From Mustelus asterias (lineage: Eukaryota): a DNA stretch of 64,000 bases. Location of the stretch: contig NC_135803.1 in NCBI RefSeq assembly GCF_964213995.1, positions 148,242,001 through 148,306,000 of the forward strand, given 5' to 3'. The notes under the pieces were generated by a model. The model was given only the letters and a program-made list of their open reading frames with translations. It had not been told where the DNA came from and ran no database searches. Position numbers and translations under genes: made by a program. Below, one piece after another: positions 13,763 to 25,371 of the stretch (its first letter is position 1; each line of letters begins with the position of its first letter).

Positions 13763-14032
13763 ATTTATTTAAGGCTTACATTAACAGTGCAATGAAGTTA
13801 CTGTAAAATTCCCCTAGTCGCCACACTCCGGCGCCTGTTCAGGTATACTGAGGGAGAATTTAGCTTGGTCAATGCACCTAACCAGCACATCTTTCAGACT
13901 GTGGGAGGAAACCAGAGGAAACCCACTCAGACACGGGGAGAATGTGCAAACTCCACACAGACAGTGACCCAAGCCGGGAATCGAACCCGGGTCCCTGGCG
14001 GTGTGAGGCAGCAGTGCTGACCAATGTGCCAC
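13763..14032 (-). mobile_element. V-SINE family B
   Basis: Reverse copy with the family-B tail. Confidence 0.85.
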
Positions 14033-14292
14033 CTTCTTTTACCACATCTTTCTATATCCTTATTTATAAAAGCCTTCAATAGTGCCTGGATCCTATCTGC
14101 AGTATTTTTTTTCAGACTCCCTTATGATAGAAACTTGAAATATAATTTTCTCCTGCTTAGAGTCCTTATGATCTTCACAGGCAACATTGTCTGCATATGA
14201 AGACAGTTCATTTTAGATATGAGTCACACTGTTAATCTACGCAGATGATCTTGCCAACCGTATTGCTTGCCCCAATAAGAATTTAGCGCAAC

Positions 14293-14387
14293 AAAAACAG
14301 AAAATGCTGGAAAATCTCAGCGGGTCTGACGGCATCTGTGGAGAGAGAATAGAGCCAATGTTTCAAGTCAGAATTACCCTTCGTCAG
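14293..14387 (-). mobile_element. Penelope-like element 3' terminal remnant with hammerhead core
   Basis: Reverse complement: CTGACGAAGGGT...ACTTGAAACATT...ctctccacagatgcc...ctgagattttccagcattttctgtttt. Similar remnants lie at 12933-13008, 35790-35890 and 61880-61990. Confidence 0.65.
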
Positions 14388-14494
14388 TTGCAATGTAGTG
14401 CAATTTGCCTGAACTCACCCTGCTGGTAATATATATTCTGGTAGCGTTTGTTATAATATTCTAATATTGAAAGTCTCTATATTTCTCCCAACAG

Positions 14495-14599
14495 GAAGAT
14501 GTCTGTTTTAGTGGCTATCAAAAACATGTCCTGTCCCGCTTGGGACCAGCGCCACTTACAGCAGCTGAGGAGGAGCTGAAACAGATTAAGATTAATGAG
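14495..14599 (+). CDS. TWF2: Twinfilin coding exon (end of ADF-H1 and start of linker)
   Basis: ctcccaacag|GAA...GAG|gtaac, 105 nt. EDVCFSGYQKHVLSRLGPAPLTAAEEELKQIKINE. Confidence 0.95.
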
Positions 14600-15283
14600 G
14601 TAACAAAACCATCAATTCTGCATTTTCATCCACTTTGTGGTTAGTTTTGCTCAACAATTCTTACAGTCTGTCCCTGCAGGGATCATGAAACTAGTTACAG
14701 GATCTTAGAGTTTTACAGCACAAAATGAATTCTAGGAATAAGCAAATGTTTTCTGTTTGATTTGCTGGGTGCAGTGAAGACATGACAAAGGACTATTAAA
14801 TTACTTAAATTGAGCAAAAAGTGCAATTTTTTTAATGAATGGGCTGCAGAAAACTTAATTATCGCCATTGAAGATGTTATTTGGTAATGATACAGCGATG
14901 ATGAGCCTGATGTATAATGAGACTGTCATTGAAAAAATAACACCAAGTATTCTGCTGAATAGATAACCTTATTTAAATAAAATACCTTGTATATCCACTT
15001 GTAGGTCATTATGTCTATTGATGGATATTTAATTGCCTTCCAGTTGCTCGCATGTATACAGAATCCTTTCACGGATGCCACAATGAGATTTTTTTTTAAA
15101 TCTGTGAAGCATTGGATTCACATTTATCACCAAAGAGGTTTGCTCTGTAGGTTAATCAGTCATGAATAATGGAAACCTTGTCTCCTATGAGACAAAAAGG
15201 TCTTCTTTTAAAAAAGACATGTTAACCTGATTGTCACAAAAAGCATTTCTGTAGCTCTGGGTTGATGTTACTGTCTTTTGCAG

Positions 15284-15298
15284 GATAAGGTGATCCAG
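15284..15298 (+). CDS. TWF2: Candidate alternative 15-nt microexon of twinfilin (DKVIQ)
   Basis: ctgtcttttgcag|GATAAGGTGATCCAG|gtaagt: consensus acceptor, perfect donor, phase 0, frame-preserving, no stop. Confidence 0.6.
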
Positions 15299-15984
15299 GT
15301 AAGTACTTAAACATTTTCTGCCATTTGCATTATCTTGTGTCTTTTTGGAGTGAGCTTGACAAAGCTATGAATTTTGTATAGAGAATGGAATAAGCAGTAC
15401 CAGAGTACAATAAAATGTGGTCTTTCATTCATGTCTGATGAGATCAGAAAAAGAAGTTTTTAAAGGGATGGTGTTGCCATGATAACTTTCCTTCTAAGAT
15501 GTTTTAATCATATTGTAGTCCAGAAAGGGCTGTAGCAGTGTGCAACATGATAATAATACCACATTGCAAATTGCAGATTACACATTTAGATCGTCACAAA
15601 TAAGAATTAAGCCGAGAATCAAAAAAGTGGATTTGCAAATGTTGTTGTTGTAACGGCAATCATTTGCATTGATGTAGCAGTCTCTGTAAACTTTACATAG
15701 TAGGATCGAGGGCACTCAGTTCTGACTGCTCCAAGAATGAAGTTCCCACTACAGTTCTCCAGCATGGTGGCACCACCCTTAAATAGCGCAGTCAGTTTTA
15801 AAAGCATACTTCACACAGCAACTGACTTAAGTTACTGCTGGGTTGCATGAGCAGAAATGCAGTGTTTTTGAACTGAAATGTGATGCATGTCAACTCCTTG
15901 TGTGCCAATTAGAAATCGAGCGTAAAGCTCGATCATTCCCATCCCTCACCAATAAATCCAGGTGAAATCTTTGAGCCTGAATAA

Positions 15985-16274
15985 GTTAAAGTTCAAGTAT
16001 ATTTATTAGTCACAAGTAAGGCTTACATTAACACTGCAATAAAGTTACTGTGACATTCCCCTAGTCGCCACACTCCGGCGCCTGTTCGGGTCAATGCACC
16101 TAACCAACACATCTTTTAGACTGTGGGAGGAAACTGGAGCACCCGGAGGAAACCCACGCAGACAGGGGGAGAACGTGCAAACTCCACACAGACAGTGACC
16201 CAAGCCGGGAATCGAACCCAGGTCCCCGGCGCTGTGAGACAGCAGTGCGAACTACTGTGCCATTGTGCTACCCC
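15985..16274 (-). mobile_element. V-SINE family B
   Basis: Reverse copy. Confidence 0.85.
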
Positions 16275-16420
16275 AATAATGCCATGTGTTTATCAGATGC
16301 CTACATGTGATCTGCTAGGTGGGTACAGGACATTCTAACAGCTGCCTGGTTTCCTATGTTAGCAGTCCCCACCAACCTTGCTTTCATGCTGCGAGGGTGT
16401 ATCATTGGAATTTTTAAAAA

Positions 16421-16703
16421 AGTTTGTTAGTGTCACAAGTAGGTTTAAATTAACACTGCAGTGAAGTTACTGTGAAAATCCCCTAGTCACCACACTCCGG
16501 CGCCTGTTCGGGTACACTGAGGGAGAATTTGGCGTGGCCAATGCACCTCACCAGCACGTCCTTCAGACTGTGGGAGGAAATCAGAGCACCCGGAGGAAAC
16601 CCACATAGACAGAACGTGCAGACTCCACACAGACAGTGACCCAAGCTGGGAATCTAACCCGGGTCCCTGGCTCTGTGAGGCAGCACTCTGCCACCGTGCA
16701 GCC
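16421..16703 (-). mobile_element. V-SINE family B
   Basis: Reverse copy. Confidence 0.85.
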
Positions 16704-19019
16704 CTTGTTCTGCATTCAAACAGCAATCCTTTTACTATAGGTACATGTGTGATTGTGTGATTGTGCAGCAATTTTAAAAGGATCACACGATGTTAGAAAT
16801 AGACCATGCACAACAAAGGAAAATTAGCGGGAACGTTGGTGCCAACCCTTTTAAATCAGATTGTTTCACACTTTTCTAAAATTCAAGAATCTTTGCATGC
16901 CATCAAGATTTGACTAAATATAAGAATTCCTATGTAATTGAGAGCACTGGCATTATTTGTTCATGTAATCCATAGTGATGTCCTGTCCACACCTACCCTG
17001 ATAACACTGCAAAAGTCAAGGGTTGGTCACGTGAGGAATTGCGTGCATTAGGTTTCCAGTAATTAAAACTAGAATGTAGTGACGGTGATCTGGAACACTA
17101 TATAATCCTTACCAGTGCCTCAGAACTCTCCTTGTATCTCAATTTTATGCCCCAGGAAAGTCTGGAGATAAAGGACTCATTGGAATTTATCCAACCAGCA
17201 CCTCTGGCTACCTGGAGTAGCACTTAGCATAAGAGTTCACAATTCCTGATGCTGTTACAACTGTGGGCATTTCTGGCCACAGTTCCAGTGGCAAAAAGGT
17301 CCTGGTGATTTTGAGCCCTTATTTAAATTTGGCAGGCGCATTCCATGGAACCAAACAGATCTTCCCAGTGTAACATGTTAAATTGAAGCCTCAAAATTGA
17401 CCCAGAAAGATAATTTGCTAAGCCAACTTAAGTGGGTGTGGAGGTATGAGGCAGAGGGGCGATAAAAACAAGTGGCTGGAGGAAGAACGAGAAAGAAAAA
17501 TTAACACTTATCTGGTGGGCCTCTTTACTTACAGTTTAAGTGGTTAGGTGGTTAGAGTATGCCCAGCTCTCACTCCAGCTGATCGAACGCTGGTTCAGTT
17601 AATGTCATTGCACTCTAATTTCCATTATGAAAGTGGCCTGAAACAAGCAAGCATTTTGTACAGCCAGCAGTAAGCCCCTTTCAAAATAGAGCCAGCCGTA
17701 TTGTGGCGTGGCAAGGTATTTGATCCTTGGCAGTGAAAATCAACCTCACAATGCATCTATTCTTGGGTTGCTTCTGCAGTTATCTACACAAGAATAGGGA
17801 CAATTATGAGTGTGTCTTTATTGACAGAAATGTAAGAAGTCTTGTTTGTGGTGTGTGTCTGCCTGCCTTTGATTTTGCAATTTATTTTGCTTCCAAAAGT
17901 TCTGACTGCAGTGTGGTGAACTGTGCATGTCTGAAGTTGTTGCTTTTCTAATACTTCTTTGCATTGTGCAAAGATTGTTTTCTTATCGAAAGCTGAATGC
18001 AGTTGCATTTATATATGTGTGTGTCTCATATATATATAAACTCTAAGTAAAAATAAAACTCGATCATTGCAACTCTTCAGAAAGGATTGGCTATCCCTGG
18101 GTCACCATCATGAGTTTAAGCAAAGGTCTGAGAGCAGCCTACCAGCCTTTACTACGAGCCTTAGAAATTGTGCTGAGCACAAAAATACAGAGAATAGAGA
18201 GCGAGGAAAAATTTCGTGGAGTAGGTTCTCTCAAAAGCTGGCTCTGAACTCTACATCTGTTGCAGGGTCTTTCCCTCAATGTTTATCAGTCCTTTTCTGA
18301 AGAAAAGTAATTCGGGCTGTTACCTCCCCTCTGGCTATCTGCAAATCTGTGCGAACCTCGATGATGAGCAGTGCCAGGCTATTTAATACACATGATTTGT
18401 CTGCCCTGTCCTTCCCCGACATCCTCACCTGTGTGCTTTATACTGCAGACCACGGGATAGTGATCAGGAAAGGAACTGACTGACTTTTGTTCCTCCCTCC
18501 TCTGCCTGTCCCCTTCCTAAGGCTAATGTGTAGATATCTTTACTGCAGTTATGATCAGGTAACTGAAACTGAGTACAAATGGAATCTGGTTTGCTTGGCT
18601 CGCTATTTGCATCAGGTTAACCAGACAACATTTTAACAAATTCACATCTTTAAATGACAGAGTTCCATTGTGTTAATTTCTTCAATTTCATTTTTACTTT
18701 ATGCCCTGCCCCTGGATTGGTTTGAATTGGATTTAATGGTCTAATCTTTGTCGTGATTTTCTGTGTGCGATTAAGAATAAGTAAGAACTGTAAATTAACA
18801 AGGTAGTTGATGAATTATGTGTATCGTGAGGCCAATTTTCAGTTCTTTTGCATTGTTACAAGATTATTTACAATTTACAGCATTATTCTAGTGTGACCTG
18901 AATACTTACTTTTGACTACTAGATTGAATTTTCAATGCAAAAAGCATGCAATTTTCCCCCCACAGAAATATCAATGGCAAACAAGTGCGCTATATTAAAG
19001 AAAAAATTCTGAACACAAT

Positions 19020-19925
19020 GGGCGGAATTTTATGAGAATGATTTTAAGTGTCCAGCTCGCATGAAAATGGGAGAGCTCCTGATCCATTTTTTGGGCGAGT
19101 TTTCACAGCCAGTCTTGTGTACATAGTGCATAGAAAAATGGTCTAGACTGTTTCTAGCTGCTGCAGGCAATAAGTTGGGCTTAATTCACCAGCCAGCCTG
19201 CATATGTGCAATAGCAACTGCAGAGGGAGCTATTGTGCATGTGCAGACCTCTGATTCTGCACATGCACAATTCTAATAGCAGAGGTCTGACAGACAGAGA
19301 GAGAGCTGTCAGGCCCCTGTTGTTGCAGGCAGCCTGAACAAACTCTTCCCCCCCCCCCCCCCCCCCCCCCCCAGCCCCAACAATCATGGGGGCCCGCGGC
19401 CGATCACAAACCTCACACCGCCCAAAATGCAGCCCCCATCACCTGATCATGACTCAGAGCAGGCCCCTCCTCCCCCTCCCCGATCCAATCGCAGGCAGAG
19501 TGGCAGCGTCCCCGCCCCACGATCCAATCACAGAGAGAGTGACAGCGGGCCGCCCTTCCGGACAGTGCCAAAGGGGCACCCCCCCTTGCCCTCGGTCTCC
19601 CCACGGGATGGCTCAATAGCCTCTGGTTCTGCTGGCGAGGCCAACACGACTAATCCCCGTTCATGGGGAGCAAGTGTTTTCCTCGCCGGAGAGAACTCTC
19701 CCGTCGAGGCCATGAAGGCAAGTGAGTCCGGATGATTGAGTGCCGGGCTCACTCAACATATGTAGATTAACATTTAAATCATTTATCCAGTCCCTCACCC
19801 ATTCCCGGCAAGAGGCTGACCTCGACGGAAATCCGGCTCGCGTAAGATCGTGAAAACCAAGAAATCGGACGTGAGCCTGATTTCCCGACTCTCGCGCGAT
19901 TTTGCCAGCTTGCTCCGCCCAGTTA
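19020..19925 (+). mobile_element. GC-rich MITE-like DNA transposon (Harbinger-N-like)
   Basis: Starts GGGCGGAATTTT and resembles 11640-12105. It contains a C25 run (19348-19372) and is a CpG-rich island in an AT-rich intron. Confidence 0.5.
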
Positions 19926-21451
19926 ATATCTCTGTGCCTTTATAGCAATAAATGTGAAACAATTGCACAGTTGACAAAATAGTATTTCCCGATATCAAAA
20001 ATACTCTCCGTCCGCATTGCCTGGTGATCAAAAGCACATCTTCCAAAATTAATTTTTGTGGGTTTTTTTACACTATTACTTATGAATTTCTGTAATTCTT
20101 CACCGATCCTAAATTTGCTTGTCTCCTTTTTTTGAATAATGCTCCTTACAGTTACGTAACTGCCATTCCATTACACTGAAATTGTCACGTTACATGTTTT
20201 CAAAGATGACGGAATTTTGAAAATTGGCCTTCTGGTTAGTAATCAGTTCATATGTGTTTTATCATAACTGGAAGGAGTGTTTAAAGTTGTGCAGGAATTC
20301 ACTGTGAAATATTCATCAGAATGGTGCAGGTTGTTGTTTTGTTCTATGCAATCTGTAGTTGCCCTTCAACTTTGTGACATGTATGTGGAATGTTACCTGT
20401 GTATGTCTGTGTATATGTGTTTTTAACAACGCACATCCCTCGGATATAAATTGTATTCAGCTTCAACCTAGCCGTGCCTACAATTGTACACAGACAATAA
20501 ACAACATTAAAACTAAACTAAATTTTTATCATTTTTTAAAAATATCAAAGATACGTTTGATTGAAATTGAGAGCTTGTTCCAAAGTCTGGAACAGGAGAG
20601 GGGCAGAGTTTTAGCTGCAGCTGAATGTCCGTCCATCTGGGTAAACAATTAACATTACAATTTGTCATGGAAAGGGATCCAAATTGACTCGGTTAGGCAG
20701 CTTCAGTGGTACAAAATAAAAGAGCTTGCAGTGTTGAATCTGCCATGAGATGTCACTGTCGCCCGCTTCAGAATTATTCTGTTATATCAATTTGCATATC
20801 CTGCTGAAAACATACAGGACCAAGAGGTCACCATAGTACATACTTTATCTCTCCTTTTACTGGATTATGTTACAGTGACTGGACTTAAAATCAGGGCTGA
20901 CTGACTACTTAACCTCCAGAATTACACACCATGGACAGGGATTTGAGCTCTAAAGGGCTGGAACAGAGGCAGGCTGGAGCTAAACGTAGCCCCTTGGGCC
21001 AGCATGCTAGTTTCCCAGCTCCATCCCACACCCTGTTCCCCACAGCGGTTTTTTGCAGACATGTAATGCTGTCAGGTGGCCCTGCAAAAAAGCAGGTAGC
21101 CAACACCACCAATTAAGGCCAATTCGAGGAGGCCAACCAGGGTTTTCTGGTCAGCTTCCAGGTTCCCAGGTGTGGTGACCAGTTTAGGTGACTGGAGGCG
21201 GCCTCCCAGAGACCGATGGGTTGGGTGGTGAGGGTGGATCCGTAATCCATGTGGATCTAGAGGCCAGAGGTCGCCTTTGAAGGAGCTCCCCCCACTCTCC
21301 ACCATCCCCACCCGCCCAAAATGGTGGCCCAGCTTCTGTGACACTTATATGTGACATCAAAAATGTTAGAGAGAGGTTTAAGCACTCTTTTTCTTACTTA
21401 AGTGCCATTGCAGCATCTTTTCAAGCTGGAAGGCCTCTGCTTTTTTTTTCA

Positions 21452-21855
21452 TTTATGCATTCATGAGATGTGGGCATCGCTGGCTGGCCAGCATTTATTG
21501 CCCATCCCTATTTGCCCTTGAACTGAGTGGTTTGCTAGGCCATTTCAGAGTGCATATAAGAGTCAACTACATTGTTGTGGATCTGAAGTCACATGTAGGC
21601 CGGACCAGGTAAAGGCGGCAGATTTCCTTCCCTGAAGGACATTAGTGAACCAGATGGGTTTTTGCAACAATGGCTTCATGATCATCATTAGACTTTCAAT
21701 TCCAGATTTATATTAAATTCAAATTTCACAATCTAGCATGGTGGGATTTGAACCTGCGATTCACCCCGAGTTTCTGGATTACTAGCCCAGCGACAAAACC
21801 CTGAGATTACCCTGAGTCTCTGGATTACTAATCCAGTGACAATACCACTACCTCC
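21452..21855 (-). mobile_element. tRNA-derived SINE family C
   Basis: Reverse complement of the element at 35295-35655 (cactaatgtccttcagggaaggaaatctgcc...gggatgggcaataaatgctggcc). Confidence 0.85.
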
Positions 21856-22373
21856 CCTGATAGGCCCTCCAGTTTTGAGACCCCACCCATCATCCTTAAC
21901 TGGACAGCAAGCCTACGCTCTGGCCATTAATTGGCCACCCTGGGGAGCATTGCAACAAGTGGGAGTTTCCCACACTGTACAGGTCTTTAATTCACATTTC
22001 AGTCTGACGGTGAGGATCAGATGCCTGCAGAAAAAGTCCCGAACCATATCTTTGCCAGGCAACTTGAATATTCAGCAATCCAATTACAATAATGGCAGTC
22101 AGTTCTTATTTTCCATACTAGGATTTTATGTATACTTGTTCATGTGCGGACAATAAAAAACCCCCATGAAAACAGCACGGGATGGTCAGAACAGAATTTC
22201 CGCAGTCAGAAATTAATTTCCGTTGCTTGGTATTCCTTTATAGCATGTCAAATAATTAACTGTTCAACTGAATGGAAATTTATAGAAAATGTTAGTCAAT
22301 CAACCTCGCGTTGAAATAAAGTTCACCTTCAAGACCATGGTCAATGGCCAGTTAAGCAAATCTCACTTGACAC

Positions 22374-22692
22374 TGGGTGGCACAGTGGTTAGCACTGCTG
22401 CCTCTCAGCGCCAGGGATCCAGATTCAGTTCCGGCCTCGGGTCACTATCGGTGTGGCGTTTGCATGTTCTCCCCGTGTCTGCGTGGGTTTCCTCCGGGTG
22501 CTCCAGTTTCTCCTCACAGTCCAAAGATGTGCAGGTTAGGTTGATTGGCCTTGCTAAAATTGACCCTAGTGTCCGGGGGATTAGCAGGGTAAATGTGTGG
22601 GGTTACGGGAATAGGGCCTGGGTGCGATGTGGGCGGTACAGACTCGATGGGCCGAATGGCCACCTCCTACACTGTAGGGATTCTTTTCTATG
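22374..22692 (+). mobile_element. V-SINE family A
   Basis: Full head, V-domain and tail. Confidence 0.88.
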
Positions 22693-22995
22693 ATGATAAA
22701 GACTATACATTGTACCTGTGACGAACGAAATGTGTACCTTTTAAGTGGTCATGTATTATCTTGTTTCAACTTGACTTTGTGGCTTGTGAGAGGTTCTCAT
22801 TTCAGAACCACTTCGTACTCATAAGCAAATCAATTGACAAAGCTTCCATTACTGTTGCTCATGGACAATTGCTGATAATTACTGCAGATCAAAACAAAGA
22901 CAGCCTTTGCGTTTCCAGTACCTGATTATTACAGAGCTTTGCTATCATGTTTTTACTTTCTGCTGCATTTTTTCTGCCCTTTCACATGCTTTCAG

Positions 22996-23013
22996 AAGTG
23001 TAGCGGCACAATG
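22996..23013 (+). CDS. TWF2: Candidate alternative 18-nt microexon of twinfilin (KCSGTM)
   Basis: Long pyrimidine tract with TGC motifs (tttttactttctgctgcattttttctgccctttcacatgctttcag)|AAGTGTAGCGGCACAATG|gtaggc. Phase 0, frame-preserving. Confidence 0.5.
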
Positions 23014-24494
23014 GTAGGCCTTCAGTTCTTCATGTTTGTTTTTGTTGCTTTATCTGTTCACTACCTACAGCAGTACCAATGATTAAAGAGGGTTGAGTTC
23101 CTCCTAACTAGTAAAGCTATCAAAAATGTTATGCTCTGATCAGCTTGGAAACAGAGTAAAGACTTACTATTTTCAATGTTTTACTTTTAAAAAAAATAAT
23201 CTGAGGCTATAAATCTCGATCTCCTGCCTGGCATGTTTGTCCATCCCTTTGTTAACAGTGAATTTTATCATTTTGTATTTGATTAATTGGATAATGTGAA
23301 CATATTCCATTATGATGAATATTTGATTTTTTTTTTAATGTGACTGCAAAAGGAGTAAGTGGATCAGGGCACTGTTTACATATGCAAAGAAGTGGAAAAA
23401 TGAAAACTAAACTTTATTTATAGATGGGCGTTCTTTCCTTTCCCACTCAAAATGACCTGACCCTTCTCTACCTCCTAGGTTTTATTTAATAGCTCAACTG
23501 AGACATAACAAAGCATGATTGCCAACATAATGGCATCTGAATGGACTTTCTGAAGTAGGCTATTTCAGAATATGATCCAGTTTAAAATTTCCCTCGTATA
23601 ACCACAACTGTTGGTAATAGTCACAATAAAAAGGGAAGAAAAGAGCATAAGACGCATGGGTGGAAATGAGTCAAATAGTCTGGATCAACCATTTCCAATC
23701 CAGACCATTGTTAAGAACCCCACTGATGTTACCTGCAAGAGTGTCTCAAAAACCTCAAAGGATAACTCGAAGCACTGGTTCTTTGTGATGTATATTTGTT
23801 TGGAATAATGTGAGGAAGCATGTACATCCCAGTGAGGAACCAGTTCAGTCGTTGTGCAAACAATTAATAAAGAGTAAGAAAAACGCACAAGAAAGATTAA
23901 TGTGCACTATGACACTTAAGTATATTAATAACTAAATACCGTTTTATCTAAAATTACCTTACTCCCAAAATATACTAACATTCCCAAAACTTACTGAGAC
24001 ACCACTTTTCCCAAACTACATCCAGTTTAGTAACTCTAAGTCAAATCCAGCTCATAGTTACCACAAGATAGCCTTCTCCTCTTTATCACAGCACCACTTA
24101 GACCCCAGTAGCATACAAGCCATCTCTAAACCTCGTAAGTGTTTGGCATATCCCTATAATCACTAACCCCATTCCCAGCTAAGTATCTATGCAGTTCTTT
24201 TTTTGAAGGAGATAATTACTTGTATTTAGTGGGAATGGCTTCCGCATGTCATTGTTGGATAAATGATTTTGTAAATTGCTAGTCTCACTGAAGCTTATTG
24301 AATTTAAACTAGTGCCCTCAAACTCTGTGCTCATGTCTCAATCAAACAGCCTGCCTACCTCTCCAACATTTCTGCCTCTTTGTGTGTTCTTCCTCTCTAG
24401 TAATCCGCAGAAGTTTACAAACCCATTCCAGACCAAGGCAGCCCACTACCAAACCGCTACAAATACTGTACTCGAATAAAATACACGCTAAGAG

Positions 24495-24912
24495 GTGCAT
24501 GACCTGCATATACATAGTGCCTTTCAAGACCTAAAGAAACCCCAAGGCACTTTATGGCCAGTGAAGTACTTTTGAGGTGTAAACACTGTCGCAATGTGTG
24601 AAGCGTGACAGCCAACTTGTGTACAAATTGACTCACTAATAGCATTGTGAGAATAACCAGATGCTGAGTGCTGGTGGTTGAAAGATAAATCTTGGCCAGC
24701 ACATTGGAGGTAACTCCCCTGCTCTTCTTCAAAAAGTCCCATAGGATCTTTTATGTCCACTTAAGGTGGATCTCATTTTAATGTCTCATCCAAATGTTGG
24801 CATTTCCAGATTGCTAGACATGAGTTTGATGCCTCTGTCTTTCCAATGGGACTTGAACCACGAATCTTCTGACTCAGAGGCATGAGGATACACCCACTGA
24901 GCTCAGCTGTCA
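24495..24912 (-). mobile_element. Deu-domain SINE (SacSINE1/AmnSINE1-like), old copy
   Basis: Reverse complement: gctcagtgg...ctctgagtcagaagattcgtggttcaagtccca...ggatgagacattaaaa...gtggacataaaagatcctatgggactttttgaagaagagcagggg, followed by an L2-like tail. Other pieces lie at 31495-31760, 50440-50615 and 52930-53075. Confidence 0.7.
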
Positions 24913-25371
24913 CCTAAATACCCTGGCACCGGATACTGGGCTGAAGTACCACTCTGACTGATGCATGTGGTAATGACATGTCCAAAGATGTGTGGGTTAG
25001 ATTGATTGACCGTGCTAAATTGACCCTAGTGTCAGGGGGATTAGCGGGAATAGGGCCTGGGTGGGATTGTGGTCGGTACAGACTCGATGGGCCAAATGGC
25101 CTCCTTCTGAACTGTAGGGATTCTATGATTCTATTCTATGACATGGCAAACTGCAATTCAGTCTTCAGGAAGGAAATCTGATCAGATGGACTTTGGGGCT
25201 CAGTGTTCAATCTAATAGCTACATCCTAAATGGCACATGCAATTCAAAACAAACCCAACTCTTACCCTGATTAAAATAATCAGTACCAATTTCAGAACCG
25301 CACCAGTAAATTCATGAGCCACTTGAATCAGTAATGTATGGCAGAGGTTCTCAACTGGAAGTTTGCATCCC

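Noticed and set aside
18549-18558. ctgcag|TTATGATCAG|gtaact as another microexon
   Set aside because: 10 nt, frame-shifting, contains an in-frame TGA, and appears to lie in degraded repeat sequence.
19348-19372. Long C/G homopolymers (also ~11740-11754 and ~50160-50172) as functional G-quadruplexes or CpG-island promoters
   Set aside because: All lie within repeat copies, and their lengths are unreliable in assemblies.
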